DNA of 64,000 nt from a virus (Duplodnaviria > Caudoviricetes): positions 64,001 through 128,000 of IMG/VR virus record IMGVR_UViG_3300010282_000004. One strand, given 5' to 3'. Below the pieces are notes generated by a model. It had not been told where the DNA came from. It worked only from the letters and a program-made list of their open reading frames with translations, and did no database searches. Positions 20,099-28,277 of this stretch are shown one piece after another; within the stretch, counting starts at the first letter, position 1, and the number at the start of each line of letters is the position of its first letter. Position numbers and translations under genes: made by a program.

Positions 20099-20576
20099 AA
20101 ATATCCTCCTCATTTTCTTCATCATTAATTTCGAAAGTGTAATGTGTTCCTGGTACATTAGATGTTTTATCACCAACCGTAAATGATACATTAACATTTT
20201 CTTTGTTTACTTTTATTTCTTTTACAGTTGTAAGTCTATTGATATTAAATTTTCTACATATCATTTCAATCTCTTTTTTATGATTAACAAGGTATTCCAT
20301 AATGTCATTTATGATTTTAATTTCAGTGTTATCAATACCATAGTCTGTTGGATTAAATATTTTTCTATACTCATCATCTGGGATATATGCAAATTCATCT
20401 ACAGATGAATATATAATTGGGATAATCGTTTGATCTTCTTCCTTATCAATGTACTCCCCATTTGGCGAATACTCCAAATATACCTTAACATCCCACTCAT
20501 TAACCTCAACTTTCAAGTAATGTTCATTGTCTTTGTGTTTAATTAAAATGTTTGCAATGTCTTCTAGTAAGTTCAT
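20091..20576 (-). CDS. Hypothetical protein
   Basis: 161-aa ORF with AGGAG RBS. Confidence 0.6.
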   Translation of the reverse strand: MNLLEDIANILIKHKDNEHYLKVEVNEWDVKVYLEYSPNGEYIDKEEDQTIIPIIYSSVDEFAYIPDDEYRKIFNPTDYGIDNTEIKIINDIMEYLVNHKKEIEMICRKFNINRLTTVKEIKVNKENVNVSFTVGDKTSNVPGTHYTFEINDEENEEDIYD

Positions 20577-20640
20577 ATAACTATTCTCCTTCCTTATAAT
20601 TACCTAATATTTAATTCTCTGTTTTCTAATGAGATAAATC

Positions 20641-20863
20641 AAAAAAATAGCAGTGTGCATTACACACACCGCCAAATGAAAAGAGGTTTAAATATTGGAT
20701 ACGAAAAAATAAATATGAAAAACAAAACTAAGTGGTCGGGCAGAGCCTTTCACTCTTGCAGCACCCTTGCCAAGTTCAGGTACTTATTACTAAGTCGATT
20801 ACCTTGCTGATCGAGGGAATATTATTGTCTTGAATGTGTTTATCTTTCACCACCGACCACTTT
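20641..20863 (-). ncRNA. Candidate small RNA with its own promoter motif and terminator
   Basis: Follows AGAGAATA (20871-20878); AAGTGGTCGG/CCGACCACTT closing stem; GCGGTGTG/CACACTGC plus U-run terminator at 20641-20673. Confidence 0.5.
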
Positions 20864-20881
20864 AATATATTATTCTCTGTT

Positions 20882-21262
20882 TTAATATCTTTCATCATCT
20901 AAAATTTTAATAATACCACTTTCTTCCATATCGAATAGTCTATCTCTTAATTCTTCATTGCAATTATCAACTTCTTTTACAAATATAACATTGCCATTTT
21001 CAAATTCTTTTTTACATTCATTCATCAATTCAGTTTCATCATCATAAAAACATCCGTCCATTTCATCAAATGATCTAAATAGTTCTCCTCTGCTATCCTC
21101 TGGATAATAATCATCACTCTTTAACATAGACATAATTGTTTCACCAAAATCTTTAAGGAATGGATATTTATCAACTGTATCCTTATCAATCGGATCTTCA
21201 TTAAAACTTATAATAAAACTACTACTACTAGAATTTGTTACAAAATCTGTTCTAACCTTCAT
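20882..21262 (-). CDS. FVTNSSSSSF-tag protein 3
   Basis: Starts MKVRTDFVTNSSSSSFII. Confidence 0.8.
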   Translation of the reverse strand: MKVRTDFVTNSSSSSFIISFNEDPIDKDTVDKYPFLKDFGETIMSMLKSDDYYPEDSRGELFRSFDEMDGCFYDDETELMNECKKEFENGNVIFVKEVDNCNEELRDRLFDMEESGIIKILDDERY

Positions 21263-21435
21263 TATTCATCTTCACCTTCTTCGTCTGGAATTGGAATACT
21301 ATATTCAATTTCTGCACCACAATTACAACAATGCAACACATGGACAATACCTTCACCTTCATAGCAGAAATCCTCAAACGTAAAGTCATTATCCCAAATT
21401 ACTGTCCGGCAACCACAATGAAAACATTCATACAT
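21262..21435 (-). CDS. 57-aa Zn-ribbon protein (not in the ORF track)
   Basis: MYECFHCGCRTVIWDNDF...LHCCNCGAEIEY; GAGGTG RBS; TAATG overlap with the next gene. Confidence 0.7.
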   Translation of the reverse strand: MYECFHCGCRTVIWDNDFTFEDFCYEGEGIVHVLHCCNCGAEIEYSIPIPDEEGEDE

Positions 21436-21450
21436 TTTTATCTCACCTCA

Positions 21451-22173
21451 CTATCCCATATGATTACAACTAAATCTACTAACATCCATCAACTTATTTA
21501 CTACATAGGAAGGAATATTCCCACTTTCAGAGCTGACACACACTTTACCAAGTATATATAATGGTGCTTGTTCTTTTGTAATATTTAATTGCTTGGTTTT
21601 ATATTCAACTTCATCTTCGTTAAAATACCAATATAATATATCTTCTTTGATATCTTTATCTTTTATTTCATTAACACCATATTTCCCATAATGCAAAATG
21701 TCTACATCACTATTCCCAAATTCAAATATTGTAAATGGTGCATGTGGGAAATATTTATTATCAGACTTACTCATCTTATCAATCCAATATCTCTCATAGT
21801 TTTTATATGTATTACACTTTCTCCATTCATCTTCATACAAATAATCTAATGTGTTTACACCAAACATCTTATCCAATTTTAAATCAAGTTTGAATATTGC
21901 AATTTTATCACTTTTTTTATCTTCATACATATCTCTATCATACATAATTTGATAATACATATTATCACTATTGCCAGTTAGTTCAAACCTTGCTTTCGGA
22001 TCTATATTATCCTTTATGTAATTAAAAGCCTTGTTTAACTGTATTACATATTCTGCATAAAGCTTTTTAATCATCTGATACACTGACTCTACTGTAATAT
22101 CAGTATAGTCCTCTCTACCAATAATAAAGCTGCTTGAAGATGAGTTTGTTACAAAATCTGTTCTAATTTTCAT
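21451..22173 (-). CDS. FVTNSSSSSF-tag protein 2
   Basis: Starts MKIRTDFVTNSSSSSFII. Confidence 0.8.
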   Translation of the reverse strand: MKIRTDFVTNSSSSSFIIGREDYTDITVESVYQMIKKLYAEYVIQLNKAFNYIKDNIDPKARFELTGNSDNMYYQIMYDRDMYEDKKSDKIAIFKLDLKLDKMFGVNTLDYLYEDEWRKCNTYKNYERYWIDKMSKSDNKYFPHAPFTIFEFGNSDVDILHYGKYGVNEIKDKDIKEDILYWYFNEDEVEYKTKQLNITKEQAPLYILGKVCVSSESGNIPSYVVNKLMDVSRFSCNHMG

Positions 22174-22182
22174 ATCTTCCTC

Positions 22183-22668
22183 CTAGTCACAATAGCCACG
22201 TTCATAAGGTATGTCCCCGAAATATTCTTCGATTGTATTCCAATCGTATCTGTATTCACCAAGATTATCTACAATGTAATGATGATCATATTTTGTAATA
22301 TCTTCTTTACTCTCAGGGGCTTCTTCGTAATGATTTTTAAAACCACCAAAATACTTATCATTACGTAAATAGTATGGATTATCTGGTGTTGCTTTGCCAA
22401 CGTAATAGTTACCAGCTACACGTAAATACTCTGGATAATCTTCATCGAAGTCCATATGCTTAACCTTATATTCTTTCTTAGGTTTCTTCTTGGATTTGTT
22501 ATCCTCATCTTCGTCATAATCATCACCATAGTCATAGTATAAGTCATTGTATTCTTCATTAGCCATATCAATTAACTTCTTAATCAGTTTACCAAATGTA
22601 ATGTTTTTGGTATCAATAATAAAACTTGAACTACTACTGTTTGTTACAAAATCGTTTCTAATTTTCAT
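22183..22668 (-). CDS. FVTNSSSSSF-tag protein 1
   Basis: Starts MKIRNDFVTNSSSSSFII; ATGA overlap with the rSAM stop codon. Confidence 0.8.
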   Translation of the reverse strand: MKIRNDFVTNSSSSSFIIDTKNITFGKLIKKLIDMANEEYNDLYYDYGDDYDEDEDNKSKKKPKKEYKVKHMDFDEDYPEYLRVAGNYYVGKATPDNPYYLRNDKYFGGFKNHYEEAPESKEDITKYDHHYIVDNLGEYRYDWNTIEEYFGDIPYERGYCD

Positions 22669-23747
22669 AGTAAATTTTTCTCCTTTCTATCACACAATAC
22701 AATATTTCTTCTTATAGGGCATCCACCCATACACTCTCTTCTATTTGGGCATTCACTACAAGAATTTCTAAAATGACTTCTAAAGTCATCGAATTGTTTA
22801 CTATTCCATGCATTCTGAATTGTGTCATTGGAAATGTCATATGCCCATCTAAGTTCTTGATTGTCAAAGCTGCAAGGAATCATCTTCATATCAGATGTAA
22901 TATAACAAGACCAACGTCCACCCTCACAAGTATCGAAGCTATCATGGTTAATGTTTTTAGTATGGTTAATAAGTCCAGGAATGCTACATGAATCAAATCC
23001 GATTCCAAAATCAAATGTCTTTGTATCAATGAGTTCAAAAAATCTTTTAACCTTATCATCATTTACATTCAAGACATTTGCAGTACTTCCTTGACCAACA
23101 TCTTTATGTAATAACCAAATAACATTTCTAATACCATTTGGAAAATCATTTTTTTCAAGCCTTTCAATAGCCTCATCAATAGAGTTATTACCAAGGACAT
23201 AATGAATATTTGTTCTTACACCAGCTTTAAGCAACAACTCAATTGCTCTATAGGTATGCTCTTGTCTATACCAACTGATTGCAACTGCACCACAATACTC
23301 CTTACAAATATCAGCAATTCTTTCTGTAAAACCAAGACCTGATGATGTAAAATTCGGAACAATACCACATCTTCTTGAGTATGCTAATATCTCTTCAAAG
23401 TTTTCGTGCTGATCTACATCACCACGACCACCAAGGGCAAATGTATATGTTTTATTAACACATTCATCTGCAATCTTTTTAAAGTTTTCAAATGTCATAT
23501 TTGGCATTTTTGTTCCGAGACCATTTTGGTAACATTGCACACCGCCTTTAATGCATAACCCACTACAACCATGGATGCAATGTCCCATTATCCCTATATC
23601 AATTAACTCAGGAAAGTCAGCCATAAAAGGATCTACACCTGTGTCCTTACCATTCTCATCGATGACACCAGATCTCATATAGAACCCGGTCTTTGGATTA
23701 AACATTGATACAAAATTATTTTTTTTATCTATCTTCTTTATCATCAT
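22665..23747 (-). CDS. Radical SAM/SPASM-domain protein with a non-canonical Cys motif
   Basis: GHCIHGCSGLCIKGGVQCYQ, ALGGRGD, SPASM CEGG...IPCSF...CSEC...CMGGCP. Confidence 0.88.
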   Translation of the reverse strand: MMIKKIDKKNNFVSMFNPKTGFYMRSGVIDENGKDTGVDPFMADFPELIDIGIMGHCIHGCSGLCIKGGVQCYQNGLGTKMPNMTFENFKKIADECVNKTYTFALGGRGDVDQHENFEEILAYSRRCGIVPNFTSSGLGFTERIADICKEYCGAVAISWYRQEHTYRAIELLLKAGVRTNIHYVLGNNSIDEAIERLEKNDFPNGIRNVIWLLHKDVGQGSTANVLNVNDDKVKRFFELIDTKTFDFGIGFDSCSIPGLINHTKNINHDSFDTCEGGRWSCYITSDMKMIPCSFDNQELRWAYDISNDTIQNAWNSKQFDDFRSHFRNSCSECPNRRECMGGCPIRRNIVLCDRKEKNLL

Positions 23748-23979
23748 ATAAACTTCTCCTATAAAAACTTACATTATTAAAATATTTGTTTTCATTAATA
23801 TATAATGGGTAGTTGTTTTTAACATCATACATTGCTCTATTACCAAAGTTTATAATAAACTCTGGTGCTTCATTAATCATTTGAGATAATATCTCATCAA
23901 TAACTTTATCTAAAATTTTAAATTGAAATTTCCTATCATTAACAATATTCTGCAACATTTTAAATCCTTCTATCATCAT
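23725..23979 (-). CDS. Hypothetical protein
   Basis: ORF overlapping both neighbours. Confidence 0.45.
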   Translation of the reverse strand: MMIEGFKMLQNIVNDRKFQFKILDKVIDEILSQMINEAPEFIINFGNRAMYDVKNNYPLYINENKYFNNVSFYRRSLYDDKEDR

Positions 23980-24373
23980 ATACTATCTCCCTATCACTCT
24001 TGCACCCATTTAATGCCCACGTTAAATTATCAATAATCTTAAGAATATCGCTTTCTTCGTATACGACAAAATAACTATTTTCATCATAATCATGATCACA
24101 TGTGTCGGTTGTTGTTTCACTGATTGAATTTTCTAATAAAATATAACCATCTTGTCTGTCCATTTTAACTTCAACATAATCTAACATGTGTAAAACACAA
24201 CAAAAATGACCACTATTTTCAGAAAAATAACCATCTTCAGTATGACCACATAAAATATTTAATCCATCAATGTCCATATCACCATTATATTTACCAAAGT
24301 TATCATCTACAATTTGACTAAACACAGTTCCATTTGGCATATGTGCTAATTCTTTTATGTTTACTATTTTCAT
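23960..24373 (-). CDS. Hypothetical phage protein
   Basis: MKIVN.KE...MP.GTVFS start; RBS. Confidence 0.6.
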   Translation of the reverse strand: MKIVNIKELAHMPNGTVFSQIVDDNFGKYNGDMDIDGLNILCGHTEDGYFSENSGHFCCVLHMLDYVEVKMDRQDGYILLENSISETTTDTCDHDYDENSYFVVYEESDILKIIDNLTWALNGCKSDREIVYDDRRI

Positions 24374-24903
24374 AAATTGTTCTCCTCAATATACTTTTCT
24401 AATATTGTAAACTTTTCTTCCAATTTATTAAATCTTTCTCTTCTCTCTTTAATACGTTCTTCTTTCTCACGTCTAATTTCATCTTCAACTTTTTGAACAT
24501 GCTCCATGTTTTCGTACTTATATTGAGCAATCTTATCTGCAAAAATTTTCTTTGCATGTTCTTCATCTTCTGCTAATAAACTAATAGAATATTCGCCATT
24601 ATGATTAAAATGCATTTCGTTATTTTCATACCATTCAAATGGGTTACTCCAAGGTTTTTCAAGAGATTCTCTAGTAATATAAATTTTTCCATCAAATTTC
24701 CTACGACAAAAGAACCCAATTTTACCACGATACGTTTTCTTCATGTCTCTTAAATCAATCTTAACCTCATCAGTATCAAACTCTGTTATTGATGCATCTG
24801 GACATACATAGTCAACATACTGCTTTGCAATCTCATAGTTGTCTGTAACATGAGAAACATATCTATCAGAATATTCTCCAACTTCAATCACATATACTTT
24901 CAT
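24370..24903 (-). CDS. Hypothetical protein, paralog of 24884-25321
   Basis: Shared N-terminal domain. Confidence 0.6.
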   Translation of the reverse strand: MKVYVIEVGEYSDRYVSHVTDNYEIAKQYVDYVCPDASITEFDTDEVKIDLRDMKKTYRGKIGFFCRRKFDGKIYITRESLEKPWSNPFEWYENNEMHFNHNGEYSISLLAEDEEHAKKIFADKIAQYKYENMEHVQKVEDEIRREKEERIKERRERFNKLEEKFTILEKYIEENNL

Positions 24904-25321
24904 CGCTCATTCTCCTTTTTTCTCTCAATTGTTTCCTAAACTCTGCAATCATTTTTTCTTCTTCAATATAATCGTTCATCATCTTCCTGAATTTCTTCTC
25001 AGCTTCTTCTCTATCGTTTGCAAAAATATGACCAATAGCAGTTCCACCATTAACACTAAACATATCGTTATCTATATCATCATCAGAAATACCTTCATTT
25101 TTAACAACAATAGGAGAATGAGGTTCTCTAGTACATTTATATAACTTTTTACCATTATATTTTTCTATAACTGGATCAACCTTTTCACATACCTTGTCTG
25201 AATCAAATTCTTTTATACTTGCATCAGGTCTAATATACTCAATAAATTTTTTTGCATATTCATAATCGTTAGTAATATAACGGACATCACCATAATAATT
25301 CGTTATTGCATATAATTTCAT
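24884..25321 (-). CDS. Hypothetical protein, paralog of 24370-24903
   Basis: Shared N-terminal domain. Confidence 0.6.
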   Translation of the reverse strand: MKLYAITNYYGDVRYITNDYEYAKKFIEYIRPDASIKEFDSDKVCEKVDPVIEKYNGKKLYKCTREPHSPIVVKNEGISDDDIDNDMFSVNGGTAIGHIFANDREEAEKKFRKMMNDYIEEEKMIAEFRKQLREKRRMSDESICD

Positions 25322-25584
25322 TCTTCATACTCCTTAAATAAAATTTTAACTGGCCAACAACAACACATATTACCTTTCTTAATAACCTCTTCGTAATCAG
25401 TACCCGGAAATGGTATATTATAAACCATAACAAAATCTGGACTGAACCAATCTGATTGGGTATGCAGCTTTCTAACCTTATTATTAATCACACGACAAAT
25501 ACTGTTGTTGCAAATATCCTCATCGGCTATTAAATTTATTATCTCTTGCTTATAACAATCTCTTCGTGATTTCCAAACACTCAT
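25318..25584 (-). CDS. Hypothetical protein
   Basis: RBS; coupled to neighbours. Confidence 0.5.
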   Translation of the reverse strand: MSVWKSRRDCYKQEIINLIADEDICNNSICRVINNKVRKLHTQSDWFSPDFVMVYNIPFPGTDYEEVIKKGNMCCCWPVKILFKEYEE

Positions 25585-25598
25585 TCTTTTTCTCTCCT

Positions 25599-25895
25599 TT
25601 ACACAACAACCGCACCGGGATTCTTTTTTCTTAAATCAATATCACGTCTACAGTCCTCAATAGAATTAAAATAATATGGAGATTGCAAATAACTAACATA
25701 TTTATTCTCTTCAATCCTATAAATCTTATGTCCGTTGTATGTTTCAGCAACCAAAAGTTCTTCAAAATTACTTCTGCATCCAGAATGACAAAATCTAAAT
25801 GTTTCTCCTTTAATTATAAGTTTAGGAAATGTTTTAATTTGATCAACCATTTTTATGTCATGCTCTTTACCACAATATCTACATTTAATAACCAT
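25599..25895 (-). CDS. Hypothetical Zn-finger (TRASH-like) protein
   Basis: CRYCG...FCHSGC; AAAGGAG RBS. Confidence 0.55.
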   Translation of the reverse strand: MVIKCRYCGKEHDIKMVDQIKTFPKLIIKGETFRFCHSGCRSNFEELLVAETYNGHKIYRIEENKYVSYLQSPYYFNSIEDCRRDIDLRKKNPGAVVV

Positions 25896-25954
25896 AATAA
25901 ACTCTCCTTTCAACAAACACACAATATGTATCTATCTAGTTATTCCACAAAAAT

Positions 25955-25990
25955 AAAAATGAGATACAGAAAAACTGTATCTCATTTAAA
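25955..25990 (-). terminator. Terminator after recD2
   Basis: AAATGAGATACAG / CTGTATCTCATTT hairpin. Confidence 0.75.
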
Positions 25991-25991
25991 A

Positions 25992-28277
25992 TTATTTATC
26001 ATATTTAATAGATAACCATGTGTTTCTACTATTATGACTTGTTCTTATACATTGTAAGAACGCCTGTGGCTCTGCCAATAACAAACATCTTTTCTTTGCT
26101 CTTGTAATTAAAGTATAAAGCATACAATTATCAAGCAATGCATAATGTGTATTATCAATGATACCAATTACTGTTTTATATCCACTACCTTGGCATTTGT
26201 GACATGTAAGTGCATAAGCTAAATCAAGAGCAGACGTTTCATTAATGGTATATTCAACAAACTTTGAGCCACCATTAGTATCATTAAACTTTACGACACA
26301 ATATTTGCTATTATGGTTCTTGTCCTTATTATGAATCTCCACAATGTATCCGATCTCGCCATTGAACACGTTCTTTTGATAGTCATTTACAGTCTGCATT
26401 ACCCTGGCACCAAGCTTAAATGTATTCTCGTAGTTACCAATCTCTTCTTTAACATTCCCAAGTAACTGTTCTTGTAAGAACTTATTGATTTCAAATGTAG
26501 AATTAAGGCAATTTGACTTTCTTGGAACAATGATTACCACATTTTCAAGTCCATCAGTCTCAACCGTTTTTAAGAACGTTTTCGTTGCAATATCAAATAG
26601 ACTCTGACGATTGGTACGAAACATGTAGAACATATCTTGCAGTTCACCACGAACAATCTTCGGTTCAAACGTTCCCCCAAGAGGATTTTTATTCTCTCTT
26701 ATTACATTGGCATCCATGAGAATCCCGGATTTCTTTGCTTGTCTCATAGGCTCTGTAAGTTTGCTAACTACCTTATTGCCAAGTAAGTCTATAATATCAG
26801 AAAATACATTGCCATATCCAATAGGCGGTAACTGTTTATGGTCACCTGATATAATGATTCTAGTCTTGTCATCAATGGCCTCTAACCAATTAAGGAATAA
26901 CCTAGCATTAACCATAGAACCTTCGTCCAAGAAAGCAACATCTACAATCATATGATTATCTTTATTGAATGTAAATGTATTTAACCCCATACATCCTAAT
27001 GTTCTATGGATTGTCATAGCAGGATATCCTGTAGCTTCAACAATTCTTTTGGCAGCCATTGCAGACAATGCACATGCAGATACAGAATGCTTGTTCTCAC
27101 AATAAGCTTTAATAATACCTCTCATTAACGAACTCTTACCAACACCAGCCTTACCAGTAATAACACTAACTGGTCTATTAAGACATGTATTGATTACATT
27201 TTTTTGTTCTTCTGTATATTCAAAGCCTTGTTCTTCTTCAGCTTTCTTAATGCCCATATCATTCTTTTTAGGATCGAGTACAAAACTACAATCTAATTTA
27301 GACTTATTATACAAAATGTCAACAATCTTACATTCAACATCATAGTAATATTTCAATCCAATTTTATCATCCTTTATATATAAGAAGTCGTTGTTCTCTA
27401 AAAGCCACTCAAACTTATCACTACATTCAGTAACTGTGTTATCAATAGCTTCTTTAAGAATATCTTTTGATACCCATGTATGTCCGTCACTCTCACCAAT
27501 CTCCTTTAAATAATATGTTACAAATGCAACAAGCCTTTCAGGAGACTGAAGAAGTTGTGGTTTAAGTTTAAGTGCCAATCCATCAATCTTACGAAAACCT
27601 AATCCAGAAATACGTGTCATAACATATGGGTTTTCTTCAAGTTGTTGTTTAAGCAATGCCGGGTTAGGCTCATCAGTAAGCAACTTCCTAATCATATTAT
27701 ATGTAACACCTAATGGTTTTAACATAATAATGATATCAGAAATAAGGTAGTTATTTAAAATTGTTTCCTTAATACGTTCCCATGTCGCCTTGCCAACACC
27801 TTTAACTTTATTGTAGTCAATATCCTTAACCTCTCCAGAAGTCACATCATTTACAATATTAGGATATGCTTTAGTAAGGTTTACTGCCAAACTCTCACTT
27901 ATTAAAGATTTGAGAAACATAATCTGATCCTCTTCTGTCTGTGGTGCAAGAGCATAAATAGCAATAGGAACGTATTGGTCACCATAAGTCTTATCATACT
28001 TATAAGTGGCTTTGATAGTATACTTCCCACCTACTACTAACTCTTGCATCTTCCCGGACAGAGATGAAAACTTCTTTTCTACATCTGACTTATTATCAAA
28101 TGGTGTAGCAGTTTCTTTTGTATAATGAGGAATGTCATCTTCAGTGGAGAACAAATATGCTCCCCACGAAGAATCTGGATTATAGTATTTCTGATATGTG
28201 ATTGTGGCATCAAACTTTATTACTTCATCATTAGTTGTCAACTCTTCGCACCTCTTTCTTTCATTTGGGCAACCCAT
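25992..28277 (-). CDS. recD2: RecD2-like SF1B helicase
   Basis: HhH motifs, GKAGVGKS, DEGSM, GDHKQL, AYALTCHKCQGS, LYTLITRAK. Confidence 0.9.
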   Translation of the reverse strand: MGCPNERKRCEELTTNDEVIKFDATITYQKYYNPDSSWGAYLFSTEDDIPHYTKETATPFDNKSDVEKKFSSLSGKMQELVVGGKYTIKATYKYDKTYGDQYVPIAIYALAPQTEEDQIMFLKSLISESLAVNLTKAYPNIVNDVTSGEVKDIDYNKVKGVGKATWERIKETILNNYLISDIIIMLKPLGVTYNMIRKLLTDEPNPALLKQQLEENPYVMTRISGLGFRKIDGLALKLKPQLLQSPERLVAFVTYYLKEIGESDGHTWVSKDILKEAIDNTVTECSDKFEWLLENNDFLYIKDDKIGLKYYYDVECKIVDILYNKSKLDCSFVLDPKKNDMGIKKAEEEQGFEYTEEQKNVINTCLNRPVSVITGKAGVGKSSLMRGIIKAYCENKHSVSACALSAMAAKRIVEATGYPAMTIHRTLGCMGLNTFTFNKDNHMIVDVAFLDEGSMVNARLFLNWLEAIDDKTRIIISGDHKQLPPIGYGNVFSDIIDLLGNKVVSKLTEPMRQAKKSGILMDANVIRENKNPLGGTFEPKIVRGELQDMFYMFRTNRQSLFDIATKTFLKTVETDGLENVVIIVPRKSNCLNSTFEINKFLQEQLLGNVKEEIGNYENTFKLGARVMQTVNDYQKNVFNGEIGYIVEIHNKDKNHNSKYCVVKFNDTNGGSKFVEYTINETSALDLAYALTCHKCQGSGYKTVIGIIDNTHYALLDNCMLYTLITRAKKRCLLLAEPQAFLQCIRTSHNSRNTWLSIKYDK

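Noticed and set aside
22665-23747. The rSAM enzyme as the NrdG activase
   Set aside because: It has a SPASM domain, is much longer than NrdG and is translationally coupled to the tag proteins
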